The notes: generated by a model not told the origin, from the letters alone. A DNA stretch of 64,000 nt from Candidatus Limnocylindrales bacterium (GCA_035559535.1 DATMBG010000045.1:1-64000); one strand, 5' to 3'; positions 19,909-29,981 are shown, counted from the first letter of the stretch. Numbers and translations: made by a program.

Positions 19909-19990
19909 GTGTGGGAGTGTGGGAATGCGAGAGTATGGGAGTATGGGAGAGTATACCCCCATACTCCCATACCCCCACACTCCCATACTT
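19907..19990. repeat. inverted array of 8-bp tandem repeats (GGGAGTRT)n / (AYACTCCC)n
   Basis: gtgtgggagtgtgggaatgcgagagtatgggagtatgggaga...catactcccatacccccacactcccatac. Confidence 0.85.
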
Positions 19991-20025
19991 AAAAACACAC
20001 TCTCCTATAACGGATCAGGGACAAA

Positions 20026-21969
20026 ATGTGCGGACTTTGTGGGTATGTTGGAATTAAAGAAGAAGGTCTTTTGGAAAGTATGACGGAGGCTTTACGCCAC
20101 CGGGGACCTGACAGTGTGGGTTACTTTAAGGCCGATGGGGTAGGCTTGGGGCATCGTAGATTAAGTATCATCGATGTGGCGGGGGGGCATCAACCCATGG
20201 AGAATGAAGATGGGTCCCTGGTCCTGGTCTATAATGGGGAGATTTATAATTATCAACCTCTCCGTGAAGAATTGTTACGGCGAGGGCATATCTTTCGAAC
20301 GAAATCGGATTCTGAAGTCATTTTGCACCTTTATGAGGAATCAGGACCGGAATGCCTACAACGATTGAATGGAATCTTTGCCATTGCCATTTATGACAAG
20401 AAAAAACGGCAACTGTTTCTGGCCCGGGATCGATTCGGTGTAAAACCGCTCTATTACCTGCACCTACCGGGCCGCTGTTTTTTGTTTGCCTCTGAGTTCA
20501 AATCAATTCTGCGTTATAAGGGGTTTGAACCTACCCTGAATCCCCAGGCCATTCATGAATATCTGACCCTTCGTTATGTGCCGGGTCCTGGTGGAATGTT
20601 TACAGAACTCCGGAAACTTCCGGCTGCACATTATGCCATCGTTCAGAACGGACAGGTCACCTTAAAGCAGTACTGGCAACCCGAACTATTCGGGGGACCT
20701 TTCAAAGGTACAGAAGAAGAATATCTGGAAGGTTTTGCCGAGCATTTTGAACGAAGTGTTCGCATGCAGTTAATTTCAGAAGTCCCATTGGGGGTCTATT
20801 TAAGTGGAGGATTAGATTCCAGCGCAATTACAGCGGTAACGGCCCGGCTGGTTTCAAAACCGGTTCGTACATTTACCGTAGGCTTTAACTATGAGCATGA
20901 TGAGCTGGCTGAGGCGGCTGAAACCGCCAGACTTCTGGGATGCGAACACACCGAAATTGCCTGTCGGATCTCGGATATCGAATTACTCCCTAAGATTATT
21001 TATCATCTGGATGAACCCATTGGAGATCCCATCGTCATTCCCATGTATCAACTGGCGCGTGAAGCAAAAAGGCAGGTTACAGTTATCTTGGCCGGTGAAG
21101 GAGCCGATGAAATACTGGGGGGATATCTGTTCCATAAAGCACTCCTGGCCGGTCATCAAATGACCCGTATTATCCCAGGCCCTATCCGGCGTGCCCTTCT
21201 ACCCCCGGTCCTGTCCATGATCCCGGCTGGATTACTTAACTTAGCCTTCAGCTACCCGGCCAGTTTAGGCCGACGAGGTAAACTTAAGGTCCTGGATTTT
21301 CTTAACCTTTTAGAACCCTGGCAATTACCAGAAGCTTATAGCCATCTTATCTCCCTGTTTGATGCACGGGATACGGTGGAACTTTACACGGAAGATTTTA
21401 AAAAATCCATTCCTTTTTTTCCCAAGACTCCAGACAGAGCTAAACCCTTCTCTGAGAGAGATCTAGAGGTTTTGGACAGCCCGGCGCCTTATCTGAACCG
21501 TATTATCCACCTGCAGTTTTCCCACTGGTTGCCCGATGATATTCTTATGAAGCAGGATAAGATGTCTATGGCCCACGGTATCGAAGCCCGTGTTCCTTTT
21601 TTAGACCATGAATTGGTCGAGTATGTGCTCCGGTTACCTCCGTGGTTAAAAATTCGTTTGGGGAAATCCAAGTATATCTTGAGGCAATACGCCCGGCGAA
21701 TTTTACCGAAAAAAATCACATCTCGCCGGAAAATGCCCTTTTATGTCCCTATAGAGAAATATTTTTCCGAACCTAAATTCCAAGAGCTCATGTACGATAC
21801 TCTTTCCGAGAGGTCAATCCGTATCCGCGGCATCCTACGACCGGAAGCCGTTTCGAAACTTCGTCAAGCCATGCATCGCGGTGAATTCGTGTTTGTCAAA
21901 CAAGTATTTAGCCTTATCGTCCTGGAGCTCTGGTTCCGAATAGCTGTGGACCGTCAAGGTAGTACCTAA
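20026..21969 (+). CDS. asnB: asparagine synthase (glutamine-hydrolysing) family amidotransferase
   Basis: MCGLCG, HRGPD, GHRRLSIID, YNGEIYN, ARDRFGVKPLYY, LSGGLDSS, GEGADE, EARVPFLD. Confidence 0.95.
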   Translation: MCGLCGYVGIKEEGLLESMTEALRHRGPDSVGYFKADGVGLGHRRLSIIDVAGGHQPMENEDGSLVLVYNGEIYNYQPLREELLRRGHIFRTKSDSEVILHLYEESGPECLQRLNGIFAIAIYDKKKRQLFLARDRFGVKPLYYLHLPGRCFLFASEFKSILRYKGFEPTLNPQAIHEYLTLRYVPGPGGMFTELRKLPAAHYAIVQNGQVTLKQYWQPELFGGPFKGTEEEYLEGFAEHFERSVRMQLISEVPLGVYLSGGLDSSAITAVTARLVSKPVRTFTVGFNYEHDELAEAAETARLLGCEHTEIACRISDIELLPKIIYHLDEPIGDPIVIPMYQLAREAKRQVTVILAGEGADEILGGYLFHKALLAGHQMTRIIPGPIRRALLPPVLSMIPAGLLNLAFSYPASLGRRGKLKVLDFLNLLEPWQLPEAYSHLISLFDARDTVELYTEDFKKSIPFFPKTPDRAKPFSERDLEVLDSPAPYLNRIIHLQFSHWLPDDILMKQDKMSMAHGIEARVPFLDHELVEYVLRLPPWLKIRLGKSKYILRQYARRILPKKITSRRKMPFYVPIEKYFSEPKFQELMYDTLSERSIRIRGILRPEAVSKLRQAMHRGEFVFVKQVFSLIVLELWFRIAVDRQGST

Positions 21970-21987
21970 ACCCTTTAGAAAGGAGCT

Positions 21988-22280
21988 TAGAAGTCAGACC
22001 TGGGAATGCAAGCGCCTCACTTTAAGTTGGTGAGTAGTGAATAGCGAATAGCAAGTACCTCACTCCCCTTCCCTTTCTAAGGTAGGTTTTTTCTAACTTA
22101 CCCTTAAAAGGAGGGGAAAGAGGGTATAGGCGCCAGGATAAGGTAGAAATACAGGCGCAATGCCTTGCGCCCCTACTTAACTGGGAGTGCAGGTGTTTCA
22201 CCTCTATCCCCCATCCCCCCCTTCCCCCGCGAGCGGGGGAAGGGGGATAGGGCTTTCTGACTTCTGACTTCTGATTCTGG
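21988..22280. repeat. composite intergenic repeat: 7-bp tandem repeats, GTAG-type REP (22150-22176) and GC hairpin (22206-22252)
   Basis: agaagtcaga...(cttctga)n ends; ggcgcaatgccttgcgcccctac; cccttcccccgcgagcgggggaaggg. Confidence 0.65.
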
Positions 22281-22282
22281 CT

Positions 22283-23260
22283 ATGGATATTTCGGTTATT
22301 TGCCCGTTTTACAATGAAGTAGAAATTATTGAGCAGGCTATCCAGCAACTCCTGGATCAACTCAAACTATTGGACGGAGAATGGGAGTTGATCCTTGTTA
22401 ATGATGGCTCCACGGACAATTCAGGTCAGATTGCCCAACAAATCGCCAAAGATTGCCCGAATTTGCGTGTACTGGGTTATCCTTATAACCGCGGTCGTGG
22501 TTATGCCTTGCGAACGGGAATTGCAGCAGCCCGGGGTAACATTATCATAACCACCGAAATAGACCTGTCCTGGGGTGAAACCATCATCCAGGATCTCATC
22601 GGAGCAATGCGGAAATGGCCGGATGCCGACATGATTGTGGCCAGCCCGAATTTACCAGGAGGCGGTTATAAGAATGTTCCTTTTAAACGGGTATGGCTCA
22701 GTCGGGTCGGTAATCGCATCATCCGAGCTTGTATGGCCAATGCCGCCACTATGAATACGGGTATGACCCGTGCCTATCGCCGGGAAGCAATCCAATCCCT
22801 GCCGCTCTATGAAGATGGTAAAGAATTCCATCTGGAAGTCATGTTGAAAGCAATTGCATTTGGGTTTAAAATTCGGGAGATACCGGCCATCCTGGAATGG
22901 AAGGAATATAAGTATCGGGGTCGGCGTATTGAGCGGAAGAGTTCCTCAAAAGTAAACAAACTGATCGTCTCCCATAGCCTGTTTAGTGTTCTCGCCAATC
23001 CTGTACGATATGTCTGGGCCATGAGTTTAATCTCTATGCTCTTGGGAATTATCTCCTTTATCGGTGCTGTGATTCTCTTCTATTTGAAGATGGTATCGGC
23101 CTATACAGCTCTGATGAGCTTCTCTCTTATGATTCTGGCCATTCTCTTATTCGTTCTGGGGGTTGTGGTCAAACAAGGCAATATGATTCAACGCGAACTC
23201 TGGATATTACAGCGTTACCAGCTCAGTCTCCTTCATGACCGGGATAAGGACCCTGTTTGA
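22283..23260 (+). CDS. GT2 polyprenol-phosphate glycosyltransferase-like with 2 C-terminal TMs
   Basis: SVICPFYNE, VNDGSTD, NRGRGYA, EID; GtrB/ArnC-like architecture. Confidence 0.88.
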   Translation: MDISVICPFYNEVEIIEQAIQQLLDQLKLLDGEWELILVNDGSTDNSGQIAQQIAKDCPNLRVLGYPYNRGRGYALRTGIAAARGNIIITTEIDLSWGETIIQDLIGAMRKWPDADMIVASPNLPGGGYKNVPFKRVWLSRVGNRIIRACMANAATMNTGMTRAYRREAIQSLPLYEDGKEFHLEVMLKAIAFGFKIREIPAILEWKEYKYRGRRIERKSSSKVNKLIVSHSLFSVLANPVRYVWAMSLISMLLGIISFIGAVILFYLKMVSAYTALMSFSLMILAILLFVLGVVVKQGNMIQRELWILQRYQLSLLHDRDKDPV

Positions 23261-23344
23261 GACGCGGAGTTCTGAGACACGGGGATACGGGGAATTCTGT
23301 CTCCGCGTCTCAGCTATAACCCTTCGTGGATAACCCAAATCAAT

Positions 23345-23372
23345 GTACGGGCGCAATGCCTTGCGCCCCTAC
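23345..23372. repeat. GTAG-type REP-like palindrome
   Basis: gtacgggcgcaatgccttgcgcccctac, near-identical to 22150-22176. Confidence 0.75.
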
Positions 23373-23392
23373 TACGTGTTTACCAACACCTT

Positions 23393-26362
23393 ATGGATCG
23401 TTATTTGCTTCTGATCGCCGTTTTGGCCTTGATACTCTATTTACCAGGTGTCTGGTGGGGCGCACCCCATGCCACGGGGCCGGATCGAGTACACTCCTGG
23501 GGGGTGGACGATGAAACACCTTTAGGTCCCCTTGCAGAGGTTCATAATATTATTCGGCCCAAGCCTGATCGTAACCTCGGCTATCCCCTGATGTACTCTT
23601 TCTTGGTTGTAATCGCCTACTCACCCTATCTCCTTTATCTAGGGCTGACAAATAAACTCACCACCCTTACGGCCGTATATCCTTATGGTTTGTCAGACCC
23701 CATAAGCACTTTGAAGATACTCAGTGGGATTGCCCATTTTGTTTCGATGTTAATGGGTGTCGGAACGGTTGTAGCAGCCTATGATATAGGTCGTACAGTA
23801 TGGGATCGGCGGGTAGGGGTTCTTGCCGCCTTATTCGCTATGACAGTATTTCCCATGTTTTACTATGCTCGCACCGGTAACGTGGACGTACCGACCTTGT
23901 TTTTCATTGCACTGGCTACGGCGGCCTTTACCCGATGCCTTATCTATGGCCTTACGGTTCGGCGAGCCATAAGCCTGGGTATTTTTGTTGGCTTTGCTCT
24001 GGGGACCAAAGAATCCGCAGCCGGAGCCTTTCTGGCAATGCCGCCGGTCCTGTTGCTTCTCCATGGACAAGACGCAAAGAAGTTAGGGGGAGGATGGTCC
24101 TGGGCTTTCTGGAAGGCGCCCCTTGCCGGACTCCTGGCAGCCGTTTTAGCTTTGGGTATTGGAAGTGGTCTTTTTGTAGATCCGGAACGATACTTTGCAC
24201 ATGTAAAGTATCTTAATAAACGTGTGGAAGACCTTTCCACGGGAGACCATCCGGTCGCTCTCACCTACCCTTATACCCTGGAAGGAAATCTCCAATACGC
24301 CAGGCAGATGGGTAAATACCTCGTCGATATCATGACACTACCCGGGCTTGTATTGGCTACTTTGAGCGTCTTATGGGTTCTAGGACGTGAGCCGAAGGCT
24401 GCCTTGCTGGCTTTACCGGCCTGTTCCTACCTGCTTTTTATGTTCCTGTCAGTACGATCGGCCCAGATGCGTTATTTACTACCTATGGGATTTTTACTGG
24501 CTTTTTTCCCGGCGCGAACGGTGGTACACACCTGGAATTCTTCATCGCCTGTGACCCGACTGATCTTTACGCTCTTTGCAGGAGGAATTCTCTTCACAGG
24601 ACTTCTACGAGGAATAGAATTGACCTATGAAATGATCTATGATTCCCGTTATGCGGCAGGAGCATGGTTAGAGTCACGTACAGAACCCGGCGATCTTATC
24701 CATTACTTTGGATCCTCTCAAAAGAATCCCCCCCTCAAACCCGGAGTTATCATGAAGGCGGCCATCGGCTACTATGGCATGGATGTACGACCCCGGGTTG
24801 ACGAAAAAGCCGTACAGGAGATCCTCCAGGAGTGGAAAGAAAAAAGACCCAAGTTCATTATCATAATGCCAGACCATACGAGTCCACCGGGAGTTCCTTA
24901 TAGTCATACCTGTCCTCCTCAAATTTACGAAGGCTTGCTCAACGGTACCCTGGGTTATCAACAGGTCGCTTATTTCCAGACCCCGCCTTTGTTCCCATGG
25001 CTCCACCGACCTCCCCTGGATTATCCCACAGTCAACCCACCCATCCGTATTTTTCTTCGGGAAGATACAGATCATACCATTAAGTTAAATCCAACCGTAA
25101 CCTACCAAACCATCACAGGTTGGGAAGTCACAACGATTAAATCGGGTTTCTTCATACCCCATAGTCCGATGCATAAATATAAAGACAGGATATATGATCT
25201 GGCTGTCAATGAATTGGGCATTAACCGCGTGCGCTTAGAGATAACCAGCGGGCTTGAAAATCCTGTAGATTATGGGGCCGAACACGTAGCCGGACGTATG
25301 TCTTATAAAGACTGGGCAAAGGTCCGTTATCAGGTCATAAATGATAACGAGGATCCCTTTGTCATTAACCCAAACGGATTTCATTTCACGGAATTAGATG
25401 CCCGGGTGGATAATATGGTGCTTCCTCTAAAACAGAGGTTAGAAGACAGGGGAGAAAAACTCTACATTAATCTTACCTATGTTGACTTCGGACCTTCCAA
25501 ATTTAAACATAAAGATTTTCCGGAAGAATATGCCGAATTTATCTTAGCAACCTTTTTGCATCTTCAGGATAAATACGGCTGGGTACCCGATGCCGTAGAA
25601 GTAACCCTGGAACCTGAAAACTCTCACTGGTCTGGAAAACAAATAGGTCAGGCCATGGTAGCGGCAGGTAATCGCCTTAAAGCTTATGGTTTCCATCCTA
25701 AATTCATTGCTCCCTCAAATACCAATATGGCAAAGGCCATTACCTGGTTCGATGAAATGATGCGCGTGCCTGGGGTCCGGGCTTATTTATCTGAGTTTTC
25801 CTATCATCGCTACGGTGGCGTGTCAGATACCAATCTTTATACCATCGCCGGCAGAGCAGAACAATATAAGATTAATACCGCCATGCTGGAACATATTGGA
25901 AGCGGATACGAGGATCTTCATAAAGATCTAAAAATAGGAAGAAATTCAGCCTGGGGCCAATATACCTTAGCGGGACCCGGCGAAGATGCCGGAGGCCGTT
26001 ATTTTTGGGTTGATACGAGCAATCCCGATCATCCCATTGTAAATCTGGGAAGCCGGGCCAGGTTCTTGCGCCAGTATTTTAAATATATTCGAAGCGGTGC
26101 CGTGAGAATACAGGCAACAACTTACAGCAACATCTTCGATCCCCTGGCTTTTATTAATACCGATGGTAAATATGTAGTAGTGGTTAAAGCCACCGCCGGA
26201 GGTTCTTTTTCTATTCAAGGGTTGCCCGCCGGTACTTATGGCATTAAGTATACCACTTTCAATCAGTATGATGTAGACTGGCCCGATACTACCATTACAG
26301 ATAATCAAACGGTTCAGGCAAGTATTCCTGAACCCGGGGTCATCACCGTATATGCCAAATAA
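23393..26362 (+). CDS. GT-C (PMT/GT39/GT83-like) glycosyltransferase fused to a clan GH-A (GH30-like) glycoside hydrolase domain
   Basis: N-terminal WGVDDE, GNVDVP, GTKES, many TMs; after ~aa 560 LNPTVTYQTITGW, LGINRVRLEI, TLEPEN, FSYHRY, AMLEH, beta-sandwich C-terminus. Confidence 0.72.
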   Translation: MDRYLLLIAVLALILYLPGVWWGAPHATGPDRVHSWGVDDETPLGPLAEVHNIIRPKPDRNLGYPLMYSFLVVIAYSPYLLYLGLTNKLTTLTAVYPYGLSDPISTLKILSGIAHFVSMLMGVGTVVAAYDIGRTVWDRRVGVLAALFAMTVFPMFYYARTGNVDVPTLFFIALATAAFTRCLIYGLTVRRAISLGIFVGFALGTKESAAGAFLAMPPVLLLLHGQDAKKLGGGWSWAFWKAPLAGLLAAVLALGIGSGLFVDPERYFAHVKYLNKRVEDLSTGDHPVALTYPYTLEGNLQYARQMGKYLVDIMTLPGLVLATLSVLWVLGREPKAALLALPACSYLLFMFLSVRSAQMRYLLPMGFLLAFFPARTVVHTWNSSSPVTRLIFTLFAGGILFTGLLRGIELTYEMIYDSRYAAGAWLESRTEPGDLIHYFGSSQKNPPLKPGVIMKAAIGYYGMDVRPRVDEKAVQEILQEWKEKRPKFIIIMPDHTSPPGVPYSHTCPPQIYEGLLNGTLGYQQVAYFQTPPLFPWLHRPPLDYPTVNPPIRIFLREDTDHTIKLNPTVTYQTITGWEVTTIKSGFFIPHSPMHKYKDRIYDLAVNELGINRVRLEITSGLENPVDYGAEHVAGRMSYKDWAKVRYQVINDNEDPFVINPNGFHFTELDARVDNMVLPLKQRLEDRGEKLYINLTYVDFGPSKFKHKDFPEEYAEFILATFLHLQDKYGWVPDAVEVTLEPENSHWSGKQIGQAMVAAGNRLKAYGFHPKFIAPSNTNMAKAITWFDEMMRVPGVRAYLSEFSYHRYGGVSDTNLYTIAGRAEQYKINTAMLEHIGSGYEDLHKDLKIGRNSAWGQYTLAGPGEDAGGRYFWVDTSNPDHPIVNLGSRARFLRQYFKYIRSGAVRIQATTYSNIFDPLAFINTDGKYVVVVKATAGGSFSIQGLPAGTYGIKYTTFNQYDVDWPDTTITDNQTVQASIPEPGVITVYAK

Positions 26363-26452
26363 CGGGTCATCGTTCCCCCTCGCCATGGTGGGAGATTAGT
26401 CGAGAACCTGGTCTCAAGATGGTGAAGGAAAATAAACAAAATCCAACAAACT

Positions 26453-27925
26453 ATGAAAAGTAAACAACCGATCATGGCAAAGTCCGGTGTTATCGTAATT
26501 CTTCTCACGTTGATAGGTCTGACATTACGCTTCATAAACCTGAATCAGGGACTCTGGTATGATGAAATCATAGCTCTGGTCCGGTTTATCCGGTTACCTC
26601 TGCGAGATCTTCTAACCACGTATACTTCAGAAAATCAACACATGCTTTACTCGGTACTCGCCCATCTCTCCATTGTAGAGTTTGGTGAACATATCTGGTC
26701 TCTTCGCTTACCGGCAGTTGTTTTTGGGGTTGCCAGTATCCCGGCACTTTATCTTTTGGGAAAAACCATAACCAGCAGATGGGAAGCCTTACTGGCCACC
26801 GCCCTGATGACGGTTTCTTATCACCATGTCTGGTTTTCCCAAAATGCACGGGGATATACAGGACTTCTTTTCTGGACTCTCGTGGGTACTTATCTTTTCC
26901 TTCGAGGTTTGCAACAGAATCGGATCAACCTCTGGATCGGATATGGGATAGCCATGGCCTTGGGAATTTATACGCATCTCACCATGGTTTTTGTACTCCT
27001 GAGTCATGCCATTGTTTTCGTTTGGCAGCTTTACTCCGATAAGAATAAAGGGGAACTGGTAAAGACCGATTTGAAAATGCCCTTAATAGGATTTGGTTTA
27101 ACCGGACTCTTCACAGCACTCCTGTATGCACCGATTTTACCTCAAATGGTTGCCCATTTTGGAGGTGGTGGAACCATTCCATCTCAGTGGACAGAGGTTT
27201 TTTGGGCTATATCCGAAGCAATTCGTGGTTTAAAAGTTGGTTTTGCCAAAGGAGTTCTGGGGGTTTTAGGACTCTTAGTAGCCGGTTTTTTCTTTACTTG
27301 TGGGCTTTGGAGTTATGCAAAAGAGAATCGAAAGGTATTTGCCCTGCTGGTTCTTCCAGGGCTTCTGGGGGCTGTTCCGCTAACACTCCTGGAGCATAAC
27401 ATCTGGCCGCGATTCTTTTTTTACACTCTGGGCTTTATCCTTCTTATCGCCGTTCGTGGAGCCATGGTCGTGGGGAAATTAATCGCGGGACTACAGGTCG
27501 GTCAGAATAGTGAAATTTATGGCATGAAAATTGGATCAACCATCATTGGTCTTCTCATCGGGTTATCCCTAGCTTCATTACCCTTTGCCTATCAATATCC
27601 CAAACAGGATTATGAAGGAGCCATGAACTTTGTCGAGAAAGTAAGAAAGCCTTCGGATCTCGTGGTAACGGTGGGATTAGCCGCCGTTGTATATGAGGAG
27701 TATTATAAAAAAAATTGGGAAGTCATTACCACCGTCGAGCAGCTAAATCAAATTCGCGCACAGGCCCCGGAGACGTGGTTAATTTATGCCTTTCCCATCT
27801 TTGTAGAATCTCGATACCCCGAAGTTATGGCCGCCATTTTTAAAGATTTCACCCCGGTTAAAATATTTCCGGGTACCCTGGGAGGGGGGGAAATTTACGT
27901 TTGCAAATCCAATAAGGCTAGCTAA
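26453..27925 (+). CDS. GT-C superfamily (GT39/PMT-like) glycosyltransferase
   Basis: LRFINLNQGLWYDE, SLRLP, HVWFSQNARGY, YTH; many TMs. Confidence 0.85.
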   Translation: MKSKQPIMAKSGVIVILLTLIGLTLRFINLNQGLWYDEIIALVRFIRLPLRDLLTTYTSENQHMLYSVLAHLSIVEFGEHIWSLRLPAVVFGVASIPALYLLGKTITSRWEALLATALMTVSYHHVWFSQNARGYTGLLFWTLVGTYLFLRGLQQNRINLWIGYGIAMALGIYTHLTMVFVLLSHAIVFVWQLYSDKNKGELVKTDLKMPLIGFGLTGLFTALLYAPILPQMVAHFGGGGTIPSQWTEVFWAISEAIRGLKVGFAKGVLGVLGLLVAGFFFTCGLWSYAKENRKVFALLVLPGLLGAVPLTLLEHNIWPRFFFYTLGFILLIAVRGAMVVGKLIAGLQVGQNSEIYGMKIGSTIIGLLIGLSLASLPFAYQYPKQDYEGAMNFVEKVRKPSDLVVTVGLAAVVYEEYYKKNWEVITTVEQLNQIRAQAPETWLIYAFPIFVESRYPEVMAAIFKDFTPVKIFPGTLGGGEIYVCKSNKAS

Positions 27926-27941
27926 AGTATTTTAAGTGTAC

Positions 27942-28035
27942 TAAAGTGCCTGAAGTTAAAGAAACTTCCAAGGCTTTGGCTCATTCAGGCACTTTAATTT
28001 ACCTTTGTAGGGGCACGGCGGCGCCGTGCTCCTAC
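27942..28035. repeat. intergenic inverted repeat plus GTAG-type REP
   Basis: taaagtgcctgaa...ttcaggcacttta; gtaggggcacggcggcgccgtgctcctac at 28007-28035. Confidence 0.7.
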
Positions 28036-28044
28036 TCCATAATT

Positions 28045-28950
28045 ATGCAAGAAGATTCTCTGAAAAGTAAAAATTCTGATCAGGAAGCTACGGTCTGTAT
28101 TGTGATTCCTGCTTATAATGAGGAGAAAGCGATTGCAGAGCAGATTCAGAAAGTTCGGTCTGTTATGGGCCAGACAGACTGGCATTACCAGATTATTGTC
28201 GTGGATGATGGATCAACGGATCGTACGGCAGAGGAAGCAAGCAAGTACGAGGTACAACTGATTCGACTTCCCAGGAACCGAGGGTATGGGGCTGCGCTTA
28301 AGGCTGGTATTTCGGCTGCCAGGTCCGATTATATTGTTATTATCGATGCAGATGGTACTTATCCCGCCGAGGCGATTCCGGAACTCCTGGCCAAGGTTCC
28401 CGAATATGATATGGTCGTTGGAGCAAGGATAGGCCCCAATGCCCAGATCCCCTCCCTTCGAAAACCGGCTAAATGGTTCCTGACAAAACTGGCCAGTTAT
28501 TTGGCGGAACAACCTATACCCGATCTTAATTCAGGTCTGCGGGTTATGAAGAAGGCCGTAGTAGAGCAGTTTTATTACATCTTGCCCTCGGGTTTTTCGT
28601 TTACAACCACCATTACCCTGGCTCTTCTCTGTAATGATTACCTGGTATACTACCACCCCATTGAATATTATCGCCGGGTCGGACAATCCAAGATCCGACC
28701 CGTCGATACATACCACTTTTCACTTCTTATCGTACGAACCATTGTTTATTTCAATCCCTTACGGGTCTTTCTACCCCTGGGCTTGATACTTTTTTTGATC
28801 GGAGTTGCCAAGTTTATTTATGATCTGTTTCTTGAAAATCTATCTGAAACGGCTGTAACAGGATTTTTAGGAGCCTTCATTGTTTGGGCCTTAGGCCTTC
28901 TGGCGGATCAAATCGCAAAAGTCGGACTTGGTTCAAGGTTGAAACGATAA
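28045..28950 (+). CDS. GT2 polyprenol-phosphate glycosyltransferase-like
   Basis: IVIPAYNEE, VVDDGSTD, NRGYGAA, IDADGTY, DLNSGLR, C-terminal TMs; the ORF-track extension upstream lies in repeats. Confidence 0.9.
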   Translation: MQEDSLKSKNSDQEATVCIVIPAYNEEKAIAEQIQKVRSVMGQTDWHYQIIVVDDGSTDRTAEEASKYEVQLIRLPRNRGYGAALKAGISAARSDYIVIIDADGTYPAEAIPELLAKVPEYDMVVGARIGPNAQIPSLRKPAKWFLTKLASYLAEQPIPDLNSGLRVMKKAVVEQFYYILPSGFSFTTTITLALLCNDYLVYYHPIEYYRRVGQSKIRPVDTYHFSLLIVRTIVYFNPLRVFLPLGLILFLIGVAKFIYDLFLENLSETAVTGFLGAFIVWALGLLADQIAKVGLGSRLKR

Positions 28951-28958
28951 AACTTAAT

Positions 28959-29981
28959 ATGGGTGCTTTTCCTTCCAAAATATGGCAGAAACCTTCCACC
29001 CGAATTATTATAAGCTTATCCCTTCTTGGGTTTTTGTTGGTAAAGTTGCCCCTTTCCGACCTCTGGCAGGCTATTCGGCAGGTTTCGCCCGGGCTATGGA
29101 TATTTTCAATTCTGGTGTTTATGATGGGACATGTGCTGGGGGTGGTTAAATGGAGTCTTTTGATTAACATGGGAAAAAACAAGCTCCCTTTCCTCGTTGC
29201 GGCCCGTTGTTACTTTGCCGGACTGTTTGCAAATCTTTGTCTGCCTTCAATTGCAGGAGGAGACATTGTTCGTGCCGCTATGGCCATGGGATTTCCCAAT
29301 GGAAAGGCAGAAAGTAGGGGCGGGAGGCCCCCCGCCCGTACAGAAGCCGTTCTTTTGGGAAGTGTTTTAGACCGATTTTTGGATATAGCTTCTCTGGCGT
29401 TTCTGATGTTTTTGGGTATCTGGTCAGCACCCGGAGCCGTAACAACGGAAGATCGTAGGGTCCTTTCCTGGGCTTTATTTTTCCTGTTCGGCTTTGCCCT
29501 TTGCACTCTGCTTTTCCTCCTCCTTCCACTCCCGAAAAGCATACCTGTTCGACTGGGCTTATGGATTACTCGCTGTCGTCAAATCATCCGGCACTTACTC
29601 AAAAATCCGGAGCGAGCTCTGGTCGGATTCGGTATAGCGACCTGTGTTCAAGGAGCCTTTGTTCTGTTAGCTGCCACTTTGGGAGCAGCCTGTGGCATTC
29701 ACCTGGCCAGATCGATTTGGTTTCTCATCTGGCCTTTGTCGAAACTGGTGGCTTCGCTGCCCATCAGTATGGGTGGTCTGGGTGTTCGTGAGATAGCCCT
29801 TGTAACCCTGTTGGGGCGATTTGGGATCCCGGCCTCCAGTTCTGTAGGATTAGGTCTACTCTGGCAAACCATTCTGGTCGCCGGAGGGGGAATGGGGGGG
29901 CTCCTCTACCTTCTCCTGAAGAGAAATACTTCAAGGTCAGATGTTCGGGCGGCCTGGCGTATCTCCCATAAAAAAATATGA
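28959..29981 (+). CDS. UPF0104 / LPG-synthase TM-domain protein (putative flippase)
   Basis: FANLCLPSIAGGDIVR, LDR, LPISMGGLGVRE. Confidence 0.88.
   Translation: MGAFPSKIWQKPSTRIIISLSLLGFLLVKLPLSDLWQAIRQVSPGLWIFSILVFMMGHVLGVVKWSLLINMGKNKLPFLVAARCYFAGLFANLCLPSIAGGDIVRAAMAMGFPNGKAESRGGRPPARTEAVLLGSVLDRFLDIASLAFLMFLGIWSAPGAVTTEDRRVLSWALFFLFGFALCTLLFLLLPLPKSIPVRLGLWITRCRQIIRHLLKNPERALVGFGIATCVQGAFVLLAATLGAACGIHLARSIWFLIWPLSKLVASLPISMGGLGVREIALVTLLGRFGIPASSSVGLGLLWQTILVAGGGMGGLLYLLLKRNTSRSDVRAAWRISHKKI
29314..29341. repeat. GTAG-type REP inserted in frame in the flippase gene
   Basis: gtaggggcgggaggccccccgcccgtac with CAGAA at 29308 and again at 29341 (33 nt apart). Confidence 0.75.
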
